A stretch of 63,996 bases of DNA, counting the filler, from Chiloscyllium plagiosum (taxonomy: Eukaryota): NCBI RefSeq assembly GCF_004010195.1. It is 5 parts of one record of this genome, joined end to end, with 100 filler letters (N's around TTAATTAATTAA, not from the genome) between each part and the next. Parts side by side here need not be neighbours in the genome. Positions count along the whole stretch, not along the records: positions 11,427 to 37,078 come from NC_057714.1; 4 more parts are not named here. The stretch is one strand, 5' to 3'. Under the pieces are notes generated by a model that was not told the origin of the DNA, did not search any database, and saw only the letters and a list, made by a program, of their open reading frames with translations. This document shows positions 24,665-36,730 of this stretch, in pieces. Positions within the stretch are counted from its first letter, which is position 1. Each line of letters starts with the position of its first letter. A program made the position numbers and the translations under genes.

Positions 24665-25440
24665 AAGGCATGTGGACCCATTTATTACCCATCTCTGGTT
24701 GGCCTTCAGATGGTGAAGCTAAGCTACCTTCTTGAACCACTTCAGACCCTTTTGTCGTAGGTGCCCCCACGATGCCACTAGGAAAGATGTTCCAGGCCTT
24801 GGACCAGCGATACTGAAGGAACAACGATATATGTCCAGGTCTGAATCTGAGTGGCTTGGAGTGGATCTTGCAGATGTTGGTGTTCATAGTAATCGGCCAC
24901 CTTTATCCTTTGGAGGAGAAAGTGAGTACTGCAGATGCTGGAGATCAGATGAAGGGCTTATGCCCAAAACATCGGTTCTCTTGTTCCTTGGCTGCTGCCT
25001 GACCTGCTGTGCTTTTCCAGCACCGCATTCTCAACTACCCTTATTCTTTGAGTTGGACGTGGTCAAGGATTTGGAATGTGCTGTTTTCAGAGCCTTGGTG
25101 CAGTGTATTTCTGCAATTCTGCAATTTCTGCAATGCACTTGTAGGTTGTGCATACTGCTGTTACTGAGCATCAGTAATGAAGGGGGTGGATGTTTGTGGT
25201 TGTAGTACCAATGGAGTGGGCTGCTTTGTTCTGGAGTGTGTCAAGCTTCTTAAGTGTTGTTAGAGTTGCAACTATTCAGGCAAGCGGGCAGTATTCCATC
25301 ACACTCCGAACTTGTTCTTTGTAGATGGTTGAAGAGCTTTAGAAAGTCAGGAGGTGATTTAGTTACTGTAAGATTCCTTGCCTCTGATTTGCTCTGGTAG
25401 CCACTGTATCTATATGGTTAGTCCAGTTCAGTTTCTGGAT
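24665..25440 (-). mobile_element. CR1-clade LINE 3' fragment with nested family C Penelope mini element (~24915-25035)
   Basis: Reverse-complement homolog of 52050-52635. The insert has an inverted end plus a dead hammerhead (cagatgaagggcttatgcccaaaacatc). Confidence 0.65.
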
Positions 25441-26964
25441 TAACAAAGTTTTAAGACTCCAAGTTTACAGAAAAAAAACAAGAACTGAATTTCACAAGGG
25501 AGCATATTATACAGCACCCCTCCCACACTTGCTGCCACCCACCCCCTGCCACCATTCAAACAAACCACAGACAATGAACTTAAAAGGTGTTCCATCTGCA
25601 GACAAAACATGCTGCCAGTGGGCAAAATGACTGAGAATGGGACTTCCACCCTTGACAAGCTATCAGTCAATCTGCTTGGCCAACAGCTCAAGCAGCCTCA
25701 GCAGCACCAGAACTGAGTAGCGGGTGCTGCTGAGATGGCAAAGAGCCCACACAAAACTTTGGTGGATTATAGTCAGGTAAGTCCCTTGCTCTCTTGTTAT
25801 GGGGGAGAGGGTGTGAAGTGACTGAGCAGTTTTGGAGGAGTTTGTTGGTGGCTGAGGTTATGGGTGATACAGGCCAGAATGCAAAATGCAACCTGTGGGA
25901 TGCTTAATAAATGCACAGAATAGCTGCAAAAAGGTTTCCCCATCATTATTTCCTGTCTTCTTAGGAAATGGCCTGTCAACTCCCACCTACACCAACTGTA
26001 CTGTGATGTGCACTGTGTAATTTTAATGTCAATACCTTGTTAACATGCTCAATTGGCCATTACTGTTTATTTAAAAATGGCAGCTAGACCACTGATGACT
26101 GCACCTGCTGTGGTTTGGGGGATAACTTCAGGGCTGGGCAGTAGTTTATGGGGTTACCACCCTCCGCATTTATGTGACCCTCAACCCCATCCTCCCTGAA
26201 AACATACCCGTCTGGGGACTCGTATAATCCAGTCCCAATTCTCTTCTGTCAGGTTGGACTGGTTATTGACTAGAAAATGAAAAATACCGACAGGATTTTG
26301 TTTAAGGCCCTTTAGAATGCTACTATTATCAGCATCCTATGGGTTAACCAATCTGAACATGTGCATCTATGAAACTATTGCAGAGTACCATCTTTAGTTC
26401 CAAAGTAAAATGAAAAAGGATGTTTTTCTTTTGATTGTTGGCCCATACCATTTATAAATCATGTGAATGCTCTTAGTCTTCCAGTATTTTGAAACGCAAC
26501 AATTCTTTCTGTGAGCCAAGTGAAAACTGTCTTGGACAGGTTTGTCGTTTGATTTGAGATCCTGACATTGTCACACATTGCATTAACTTGCAAAATTGGC
26601 TTTAATGGGATGATGGTTACCTTAAATTGACGTAAATGCATTTATTGTCTGCTCTGCCCACTGGAATGTGACAAGGACCTGCCAATAGTTGATCCAAACA
26701 TCCGCACTTTCAAATAATAATCTCTCTTTCATTTGTTCTATGATACACATAGGACTTTGATCACTATTTCAGAAAATGACCATGTGACCTACATTGTCCT
26801 CCTAGTTTTTCTGACTAAAGAGACCCCACTAAAGTATATCTAAGTTATTTTAAATGGAGCAAGCAGAAGCAGTGATTTATTTTATTGCCAGCTGGACAGC
26901 CTTTATGCTGTTTGACATAGTGCCATCCTCTGTATTATGATACCTGGTTGGTGCCTACAGAACT

Positions 26965-27435
26965 AAGTAAGAAGTAAGAGCCAGAGTAGGCAATTCAGCC
27001 CCTCTACACTGCTCAATACAATCCTGACTCATCTCATCTTGGCTTCAACTCCACTCTCCTGTCCACATCCATAACCTTCAGCCTGTTACTAATTAAAGAA
27101 CTGTCTATCTCCTTACATTTAGTCAATGCCTGGGCATCCAGCACACTCTGGGGTTTTGAATTCTACAGATTCACGACCATTTGAAAGAAGTATCTCTGTT
27201 TTAAATCTGCCATCTCTTAGCTCTGATCTCTCATTCTAGATTGCCCCACAATGGGAAACATCTTCTCCACATCTACTTTGTCAATCCCCTTTAGCATCTT
27301 ATGCACCTCAATTAGATCTCCTCATATTCTTCTAAACTCTCGTGAATATATGCCTAAACTGCTCGATTCCTGCTCATTATCCAAGCCTTTCATCTCTGAA
27401 ATCATTCTAGTGAACATTCTCTGAACTGTCCAATA
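26965..27435 (-). mobile_element. Old CR1 3' end
   Basis: Same family as 10186-10515. Confidence 0.65.
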
Positions 27436-27710
27436 CAGATCCTCAGTTGTATTGAATTGAGTGCAGAATACAAAATGGCTCCTGACCCTTCCACTGCCAG
27501 ATTGAGCAGTTATTCATTGCCCGTTTAAAAGTTAAAATTGGTGCCAATGTCTACAAATATGCATTCTCATACAAGAGGCATTTGGGATTGGGAAAGCCAG
27601 CAGATTGTTCCCTAGGAATTTTGAAGGGACCTTTACGGTCCTGTATATTATCAATGCCATATATAGCAATAAATTTGTTCACACCGTTACTAAGAACTGG
27701 ATGAAAAACA

Positions 27711-27734
27711 TATATATATATATATATATATATA
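27711..27734. repeat. (TA)12 microsatellite
   Basis: Direct reading. Confidence 0.95.
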
Positions 27735-27743
27735 CTTTTTAAA

Positions 27744-28050
27744 ATTCATTCATAGGATGAGGGTATCACCAGCTAGGCCAGCATTTATTGCCATCCCTAA
27801 TTGCCCAGAGGTCAACCACATTGCTGTGAGTCTGGAGTCACAGCAGACTCACAGTCACAGGATATTAGTGAACCAGATGGGTTTTTCTGACAATCAGCAA
27901 CAGATTCATGGTCATCATTAGACTCTTAAATTCAAGATTTTTAAAACTGAATTTAAATTACACCATCTACCCCCATGGTGAGATTCAAACCCAGGTGCCC
28001 AGGCCATTACCTAGGTCCCTGGATTTGTAGACCAATGATAATACCACTGG
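27744..28050 (-). mobile_element. tRNA-derived SINE with LINE-derived tail
   Basis: Minus-strand head gtggtattatcattgg...gggtttgaatctcacc (A/B box-like) and tail ggcaataaatgctggcc...atgaatgaat. Confidence 0.78.
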
Positions 28051-28201
28051 GTTGTTTATTATGTGTATTGAAATATCTTCTAATGTGTACTTTAGTGTAA
28101 TGGAAAATGCAGCAATGTGAATTGATATAGTTTTGCATCTTTAACATTTAATGAAAACATCTAACCACTAAACAAATATTTTTAAATTCTTTGTCTTATA
28201 G

Positions 28202-29000
28202 GCAGCTGGGGGAGATGTATGGGAGAGGAGTGTGGCCCAGGAGGTGTCCAAACCAGGTCAGTATGGTGTGCCCATGTGGAGGGATGGACTACTTTACCCA
28301 CTAACTGTAAACCATCGGAAAGACCAGAGAATCAGCAAAATTGTTTCAAAGTCTGTGACTGGCACAAGGACCTGTACAAGTGGCAAGTGGGTGAGTGGAG
28401 CAAATGCTTACCTGTCGCTTCCAGGAACCCTTCTTCAAGAGTAACGTCAGAGTGCCTGAAAGGTGAGGAAGGAATTCAGACCAGGGATGTAACTTGCATT
28501 GAGAAACGAAATGGAGCTGCAGCGGAGGATGTTATCTGTGACTATTTTGAGACTAAGCCCCACATTGAACAAGCTTGTCTCATCCCCTGTCCACAAAACT
28601 GTGTGGTAACGGAGTTTACTTCCTGGTCGGAATGCACGAAGTCCTGTGGAGTGGGATTAAAACACCGCATTCGTCAAATATTAGTGCCCCCGCTCTACGG
28701 TGGGGAACCTTGCCCCAACCTGACTGAGTTTCGGACCTGCACGTTCAATTCCTGCGATGCAGAAGAAAGTATTTACAGTTTGAGAGTCGGGCCCTGGAGT
28801 GCATGCTCTCTCCCACACACTCGACAAACCCGGCAAGTAGGAAAAAGAGTGAGGGACCCTGAGGCCCGTGAGCTTATGAAGAAAAAGAGGAACCGAAACC
28901 GGCAAATCCGTCAGGACACCAAATATTTTGATGTCTTAATCGGTTACCAAACGAGACAGGTTACATGCATGCACAGAAATGGAAAGACTGCTGCGCTGAG
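28202..29000 (+). CDS. THSD7A: Thrombospondin type-1 domain-containing protein 7A, internal coding exon (equivalent to human exon 2)
   Basis: Reads (G)SWGRCMGEECGPGGVQTRSVWCAHVEGWTTL...CFKVCDWHK...GEEGIQTR...WSECTKSCGVGLKHRIR...DPEARELMKKKRNRNRQ...GYQTRQVTC. This has TSP1 repeats plus the basic DPEARELxKKKRNRNRQ segment I recognise from THSD7A rather than THSD7B. Acceptor ttctttgtcttatAG ends at 28201 (phase 1) and donor AG|GTAAGT starts at 29001 (phase 2). The ORF-track ATG at 28219 is an internal Met. Confidence 0.95.
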
Positions 29001-29990
29001 GTAAGTGGTTTAGTTCATGACATATATCTTGAGCCTGCTTTACTTAAGTAACCCAAGTGAGTAGCTGAGACAGGGATTAGAAAACCTCAAAGGAAATGTG
29101 GTAAATCAGGAAATGGTGAGCAGGTAATACCAAACTCAAGTTCTATTAACTCGTAAGGATTAAATAACAAAATGTGTTAGTTATTCATTTTAGCCATTAG
29201 AGATACAACTATTGCATTGAATAAGATGAAAGCCTTTTCTGTCTATAGTGACTGTAAATGTCAAGTGTGATAACAGACTGGAATGGTTTGAACCGACATT
29301 CATAAAGTTGCCCCGATAAAGGGAAGGAACTCACATATTCAGTTGCACAGATCAAGAAGTATTTCAGTCATAGTTGTTTTTCCAAGATTTTGTTTAAAAA
29401 TAACATGCAACAATAGAACAACGTTTTAGTTTGCAGCTAAATCAGCTCATTCTGCTATAGCTGACCTGACGTTCAATGTCAAATACGAACATCCTTTACC
29501 TTGTTAAATCAAAATCACAAAAAACATCTGCTGGAATAGTAGTTCATATTGTAAATGAAGTGCTCCTGGTCCATTGTGCAAAATTAATTGAAGTTACTGG
29601 TTAAAATTAGCAGCTATTGAATTGTATAGTTCTTTCTCAGTGTGCAGTCAAACTCAGATTAATATATTGCTCCATCCAATCACTGAATTTGGATACACCA
29701 AACCATTCTTGTCATGGAGAATTTTCAATTCAGGCAAAACAACTCAGAATATTGTCTATTCTCTGTTTCACACTCACTGCTTGGTATAAGGGATCGTTGC
29801 AGTGTCATTGGATTCCGCTCTATGGGTGACTTGTGGATGGGGAAATAAGCAAGTTAACCCATAAAACAGGACACCATACTATACCCAGTGTGTCAGAGAA
29901 GGTGTCAGATGGGCTGCCCACCCTTGGCCCAATTGGTATCTCAATTGATGCCTGCCTAAAGTACTCATCCTTTCGTCTCTTGAACGGTGA

Positions 29991-30370
29991 AGGCTATGTA
30001 ATAATAAGGTCACTGGGCCAGTCATCCAGAAGCATAGGCTAATGCTCTGGTGATGTGGGTTTGAATCCCACAACAGTAGCAGGTGTAATTTAAATTTAAG
30101 TAATAAGTTCAGATGTCGAAAGCTGCTGTCAATAATAAAAGGCAATGAAACTATTATCAAATATTGTTAAAGATGCATCTGATTCACTAATGTTGTTTCG
30201 GGAAGGAAATTTGCCATCATGTCTAGCCTTCATGTGACTCCTGACTTACAGTAATATGGCTGTCTCTTAATTGGCTGAAATGGTTGAGCAAGCCAATAGG
30301 TTCAACAGCAATTAGGATTCAGCAACAAATGTTGACCTTGCCAGCAATGCTCACGTCTTATGAAAGAACA
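29991..30370 (+). mobile_element. tRNA-derived SINE, same family as 27744-28050, opposite orientation
   Basis: gtcactggg...gggtttgaatcccac head, catctgattcactaatg...ggaaggaaat body and aacaaatgttgaccttgccagcaatgctcac tail. Confidence 0.75.
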
Positions 30371-30544
30371 GAGGAAAAATATTAAACAATAATGAAAGCC
30401 CTGTGCATGGCTGATTTGACCCAAAGGACTTCTGCTCAATGAAAGGTGAATGGAAGGGTACCTATTTCTTGGTTCAAATCACAAGCTCCCTCCAAACAGT
30501 ATTCCCTCCGCGTATCCATTCTGCCCTGTCAAATATCCTCAAGA

Positions 30545-31356
30545 AGAAAGTGAGGACTGCAGATGCTGGAGATCAGAGCTGAAAATGTGTTGCTGGAAAA
30601 GCGCTGCAGGTCAGGCAGCATCCAAGGAGCAGGACAATTGACGTTTCGGGCATGAGCCCTTCTTCAGGAATGAGGAGTTCATCCCTTGTGGTTGGAGGGT
30701 TCCTAGGCGGAAGATGAGGCGCTCTTCCTCCAGCCGTCATGTTGCTATGGTCTGGCGATGGAGGAGTCCAAAGACCTGCATGTCCTTGGTGGAGTGGGAG
30801 GGGGAGTTGAAGTGTTGAGCCACAGGGTGGTTGGGTTGGTTGGTCCGGGTGTCCCAGAGGTGTTCTCTGAAACATNNNNNNNNNNNNNNNNNNNNNNNNN
30901 NNNNNNNNNNNNNNNNNNNNNNNNNNNNNNNNNNNNNNNNNNNNNNNNNNNNNNNNNNNNNNNNNNNNNNNNNNNNNNNNNNNNNNNNNNNNNNNNNNNN
31001 NNNNNNNNNNNNNNNNNNNNNNNNNNNNNNNNNNNNNNNNNNNNNNCACAAATTCACCTGCACCTCCACACACATCATTTACTGTATCCGTTGCACCCAA
31101 TGTGGCCTCCTCTATATTGGGGAGACAGGCCGCCTACTTGCGGAACATTTCAGAGAAAACCTCTGGGACACCCGGACCAACCAACCCAACCACCCCGTGG
31201 CTCAACACTTCAAGTCCCCCTCCCACTCCATTAAGGACATGCAGGTCTTTGGACTTCTCCATCGCCAGACCATAGCAACACGACTGCTGGAGGAAGAGCG
31301 CCTCATCTTCCGCCTAGGAACCCTCCAACCACGAGGGATGAACTCCTCATTCTCAT
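30545..31356. mobile_element. Penelope-like element (family C) in inverted arrangement with 11-bp TSD, spanning a 171-N gap
   Basis: FTCTSTHIIYCIRCTQCGLLYIGETGR...VAQHF...IFRLGTLQPRGMN (GIY-YIG, 31047-31345, +) and its inverted copy at 30670-30875. TATCCTCAAGA lies at 30534-30544 and 31357-31367. Confidence 0.9.
30636..30671 (-). ncRNA. Type I hammerhead motif, intact core (family C)
   Basis: Minus strand: auuc-CUGAAGA-A-GGGC ucau GCCC-GAAACGUC-aauu, directly 3' of the GIY-YIG coding end. Stem I is weak in this copy. Confidence 0.75.
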
Positions 31357-33403
31357 TATCCTCAAGAGCCTGCATCCACTTGCCTGATCTCATCAGGGCC
31401 TGTCATCCTGTTGAGAACCTGGACAAACCTAGTTTCAAGGGCACAGATGGATGCTCATCCCTCTGGGCTTCCTTCAGTACCAGCCGTGACCACAGCTTCT
31501 GCTCTCCTGTTGGTGCAGCAGAGCGTCTGGCATCCAACCGGCAAAAGCTCCATGAAATGGCACTTTCTCCCAGAGAGATGTGAAACTTTCAGCTCATTAA
31601 ATGGCTCATCAGCCTTAGAATTAAAAGTGGGCAAGCCCATCAGCTCACGATGAGAGGAACAGTGCAGCATATATTCTTAGTCATAAGGCGCTTTAGGGTT
31701 GATAAATTGACAAGTTTTTCTCAACAACTCTCTAGAAAGATTTATAAAGGGCAAATTACATAAATATTAGAATTTATCTGTGTGTTTGTTCCTAACGAAA
31801 TAATTTGCTTTGTTTTCAAATGTGTTGTACAGAATATTATTAAAATGTATTCTAATTATCAAGGCAATTTCTAGAATTGCAGTCATTCATTGAAATGTAT
31901 TGGGTTTCTGTATTTAAATATTTCTCTTTGCTATGAAATTGTTGCTTGCGCTATGCAGAGGAAGTCACAGCAGCGATATGGCAATTTATAGAATATGGCA
32001 ATTTTGCTGAAGCATATGTCAATGTCTCGACTTAAATGGCTGAATTAACTGAGATGTTGAATATTTTTAAATTTAGATCAAAGCAGATTAAACAATTTTT
32101 ACTTCTACCACGCGTTTCTTCTTTTGTGTTGCTCATGAGGAGCAGAGACAATGGATTGCATTGGTTGGAGGGGCGTAATGGGCTAGAAACAGAGCCGGAA
32201 CATTGTTAATATCTGTGCAGAGAGGATAAACTAGGGCAGGGATGGGAGTGGGTTTAAGTGGGATGTGAGGTGTCAAAAATGCTGTCAATATTTAGAGACG
32301 ATCAGAAGAACAGCTTTATGGGGTAATTCAATCATAAAAATGGTAGAGCAAAACACTGCCTTGAAAATGGAACTGCTATTTTTATATTCTTGTAAAAAGG
32401 TAGGCCTGTGAAGATAGAAGTATAATTTGATGTTGTAGTAAAGTTTTATGTTTGTCTTCTGTAGATTTTAATTTGTATTTATTTTGTTATTTATCGTGCT
32501 ATGCAACAGTGCGACAGAGGAAGTAATGTAACGACTGGCTGTTGTTCTAATAGCTCAGAATTAAAGTTTTTGAATCAATCCAAAACAAAACCTCACTTGC
32601 TATTTGTGCAACTGTGGTGTAAAATTCCAAGCAGTGGAATGTGGTGAAACGGTTAAAAATTATGTCCCAATACATGTGTGAATCTAACCGGAATGGAGGT
32701 GTTGCTTAGTCCCGTGTGAATCTTCTTATCTGTATGTAACCAGAATGGAATGTGTTTTTTAGCCTTGCTCTGCTGTTCACATGAATGTTTATATCTGGAA
32801 GGGAGTATATCAGCTGGAAAAGTCTCCAGTTCGGTGAGTCTGCTCCGGGGTTACGTTTAACCGCCGAGCGTGGGTTGTTGGCAACCGCTCTACGAGAACT
32901 GACGGCTCCCAGTTTTTGTAACATGTAGAGTGAGTATAAGCCAGACCCGTTGTGCGACGCTGCGGGGAATAAAATGCCCATTATTCTAGCAGACTCGCCT
33001 CTTGGTCGTTTGTTCTGTGTCAGACTACTCTCCTACGAACCTGACCTTGAGAATTTTTTAAAACAGCAACTAACAAGTTAACAATAAAATGTGTACTATA
33101 GGCAACACTATGAATAAGTTAACATATTGCAAAACAGATGTGGTTGCAAAATTAACAGCAACTCACCTTTATGTCGTGCATTTATCATACTTTAGTAAAT
33201 TGTCTCACAATGTTGAGAGTGATATTAATGAAAAGAAATTCAACACTGAATTATGTAGAAGAAGATATAATAATCTTATGTTTTAATGAAATATGACTGA
33301 AATCTTGATTAAAATAATACATTTTTAGCAGCATTTTAAGGGATGAAAGATTGATAGAGTAGCAGAGTCATTTAAGGAAGGAACTTTGGAGCTTGGTGAC
33401 TCG

Positions 33404-34041
33404 TGTTATGGACCAGAACAAAGCCCCTCAATATATATTAAGAAGATAGTTCAGACCCTAACATTTTCTTATTTTAAAGATATATATAATGCATGGCATT
33501 CCAGATGCAATTTGACTGGTCAGACTCTTGACTTTAAGCAAAACACATTTTATTTTTACATTACAGTTAAAATGCAGGCAAACTAAAAATAACAAAGAAG
33601 AATTGGCTTAACTGTAACTATCAAAATGCTTAACAAAATAATATATATACTATCTACTGCTAATTAACTGTTCCAATATAGTAGCATCCAACAAACACAC
33701 CTTTGGCAAAAGCAAATTCAGTAAAACAGATTGTCTCACATGCAATTCTAGCAGCAAGAGAACCCCAGCTTTTAGCTGTAATAGAGAGAGGAATAATAGC
33801 TTCCACATTCATCTTCAAGACCCCAACAACTGCAGAAAGATAAAACTAAAACCCTGGTTCTGTGGGAACTTGACCCCACCCATTAAGGCTGCTTCTATTG
33901 TTCCAACTTTTTTTTTAAAAAGGCCTCACAAGCTATTTACTGTATTGGCTTTGAGCAGACTGCTCTCCACCTTTGTCCCGACCTTTATTCATTAAAAAAT
34001 CCAGGACAAAATGCACCTCTTAAAGCCATGGTATTGCTGCA
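33404..34041. mobile_element. Probable solo LTR
   Basis: Begins TGTTATGG and ends ...TGCTGCA (TG...CA), ~640 bp, non-coding. It interrupts older repeat-like sequence. Confidence 0.5.
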
Positions 34042-34394
34042 GTAGGCCACAGATAGCATGATCATCAATGGTGGCCCATGTAAAATTTGGGATGTGCAAG
34101 ATGCCAAGATTGAATGGGTACAGAGATCTCAGAAGAGTGTAGGGCTGGGGAAGTGTATACAGATATGAAAGAGTAAGGCCATAGAGGAATCTGAACACAA
34201 AAATGAGAACTTTGACACAGTAGTCTTGGCTGATGCAAAGCCAGTAAGAATCAGCAAATAAGCAGGTGATTGGTGAATAACATTTGGAGCAATAACATAA
34301 AACAAAGTGGCAGCCACTGAAGATCTGAAACAAAACCAGAAATTGCTGGAGAAACTCAGCAGGTTTGACAGCATCTGTGGAGAGAAAGACATCA

Positions 34395-35582
34395 TTGATT
34401 TGATTTGATTTATTGTTGTCATGTGTTGAAGTACAATAAAAAATTTTGGTTTGTGTATAGTACAGACAGATCATAACATATGAGGACATACGGATAATTG
34501 TGTATTTAGACAGAGCGAGACATTCAAGGTTACGGCTGCACAGGAGGTGCACAAATGGTAGATCAATAGTTTGAAATTAGAGAGGTCCATTCATCAGTCT
34601 AATAACAAAGGGAAGAAGTTGTTGCTCCATGTGTTTAAGCTTCTGTATGTTCTGCCTGATGGAAAAGTTTGGAAGACAGTATTACCAGAGTGGGAGGGGT
34701 CTTTGATGATGTTGACAGCCTTTCCATGGCAATGAGAAAATTAGGTGGAGTCAATGGATGGAAGACCCCAGCTTCCGTGATGGTCTGTGCTGTGTGCAGA
34801 ACTTTATATAGTTTCTTACCATCCTGGACAGAGCAATTGCCATACCAAGCCATGATGTACCCATATAGAATACTTCTACGGTGTATCTGTAAAACTTGGT
34901 GAGAGTCATAATGGACATGCTGAATTTCCTAAGCCTCCTGAGGAAGAAAGGAGAGGTGTTGTTGCGCCTTCTTGACCATCATATTTACATGGGAAATCCA
35001 GGATAGGTTTTTGGTTACCATCAGTGTTGGGAACTTGACAGTCTTGACCCTCTCGATCTGCACTCCATCGATGTTAATGGGGGTGTGCCCTCCTTAATTC
35101 CTGAATCAACGACCAGTTCTTCAGATTTGCCAACATTGATAGAGAGCTTGTTATCTGTGCCACAACACCAAGCATTTTATCTCCTTTCTATATGTTGACA
35201 TGTCATTGTTTGATAACCAACCTACACTAATGGTATTGTTAGCGAATTTGTAGATGGTAATCATTCAGAATTTTGTTACACAGTCATGAGTGTACAGGGT
35301 GTACAGCAGAATGCATCCTTGCGGAGCTCCAGTGTTGAAGATTATCATGGAGGAGGTACAGATGTCTATCTTCACTAATTGCTGTCTATGGATCAGGAAG
35401 CTAAGGATCCATTTGCAGAGGGCGGAGTCAAGATTTACATTTCAGAGTTTTGAGATTAGCTTGATTGAGATTATAGTGCTGAAGGTGGAGCTGTAGTTGA
35501 TGAGTAGGAGCCTGACATATGATCCAGGTGTTCTAGACATGAGTACAGGGATGGGGAAATGACATCTGCTGTGACCCTGTTT
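34395..35582 (-). mobile_element. Rex1/Babar-type LINE 3' fragment
   Basis: AWYGNCSVQDGKKLYKVLHTAQTIT (ORF 34635-34853), minus-strand GAPQGC and KFAN remnants, and a (tgatt)n tail at 34395-34412. Confidence 0.75.
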
Positions 35583-36658
35583 CAAGATCAGATAATTTAA
35601 GGAAAGTTCAGAATTGAGTGTGTTATGAAGTGAAAGTAAGCAGACATGAAGCTGTGAAAATGAGTAATGTGAAATCTGAAGGTCAGAGTAATGCTCATTA
35701 TCCTTCTTAAAAGTCAGTTAGCTTATCACGGAAGTAAAAATACAAAATGTCAAGAACATTCAACACATTAATCAGGATTTAAGAGATAAACAACTGTTTT
35801 TGAGAGAGCAGCAGAGGTTAGATGATTGAATATATTCAAGGGTGACTCAGGCATATATTTGATTGATATGGAAGTCAAGGGCTTTGGGGAACAGGCAAGA
35901 TGAGCACAATCATATCAGCTATGAATAGTAGAGCAGGCTGGAGGGGATGAATAGCCAAATCCTGCGCTTGATTCTTATGCTTAGTTATGAATGTGAAATT
36001 TGTTTATTGGCTGGCCCAAAGGCTTCTGCAATGACCAGTGAGTAAAGTTAACTAAAAAATTATGTTCATTGTAAAAGCAGAGTTCTACAAAATCTAATTT
36101 GTTTCCAATTAATTAGAAACAAATGTCTTCTTTTTTAGAATCATGACTTCCCTGATGCTATTGATGACCATATATGAAAAGTTAACTGCTTTGAAAGATT
36201 GTAGTTCACAATGGAACAGCACAACATAAATCCAGTTATAATGTTTTAAATTAATGGTGTTCAATTGGAGCAAAAGGCAGGAGAATTTTGGATATACAGT
36301 TATTAAAATCACAATAGCTTGAGGACCAATGAACAAATGTAATGAACTATAGGCTACGATCACATAATTGCTGATATGCTTCAGGAATATGCAGAGCAAT
36401 CCATCAGAATGATAATAACAAATCATACTTCATAGTTACATAGGCAGGGCTTTTTTTTTTTGGAGAAGTGTATGCATTAGGGACATTACAGACCAGTTCA
36501 AAACTACTGTTTCGTTTAAAAAATGATTTTCACAATTGGATTTGAAGCAATTGTAATGGAGTCAGCCAGATGGGCATCATGGAATATGAGTTCCCTGATC
36601 AGAGCTGTTAACCTGGTCCAATCAAGGAGCCCTGGCGGACAGATATTAACAGGAATGT

Positions 36659-36730
36659 CGGGCGATGGCCTCCGTTGCCCTCAGCCGATCGAAAGGGAAT
36701 CGGGTTCAGATCCCCAAAGCCGGAGTTGGC
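36659..36730 (+). pseudogene. 28S rRNA fragment (~70 bp)
   Basis: CGGGCGATGGCCTCCGTTGCCCTCAGCCGATCGAAAGGGAATCGGGTTCAGATCCCC matches the conserved vertebrate LSU sequence as I recall it (GGGCGATGGCCTCCGTTGCCCTCGGCCGATCGAAAGGGAGTCGGGTTCAGATCCCCGAATCCGGAGTGGC). Confidence 0.88.

Noticed and set aside
28219..29004. 261-aa ORF as a stand-alone gene
   Set aside because: It is an internal exon. Splice sites flank it, the ATG is internal, and the stop lies in the donor GTAA.
36659..36730. Functional rRNA gene
   Set aside because: Only ~70 bp, with no surrounding rDNA unit.
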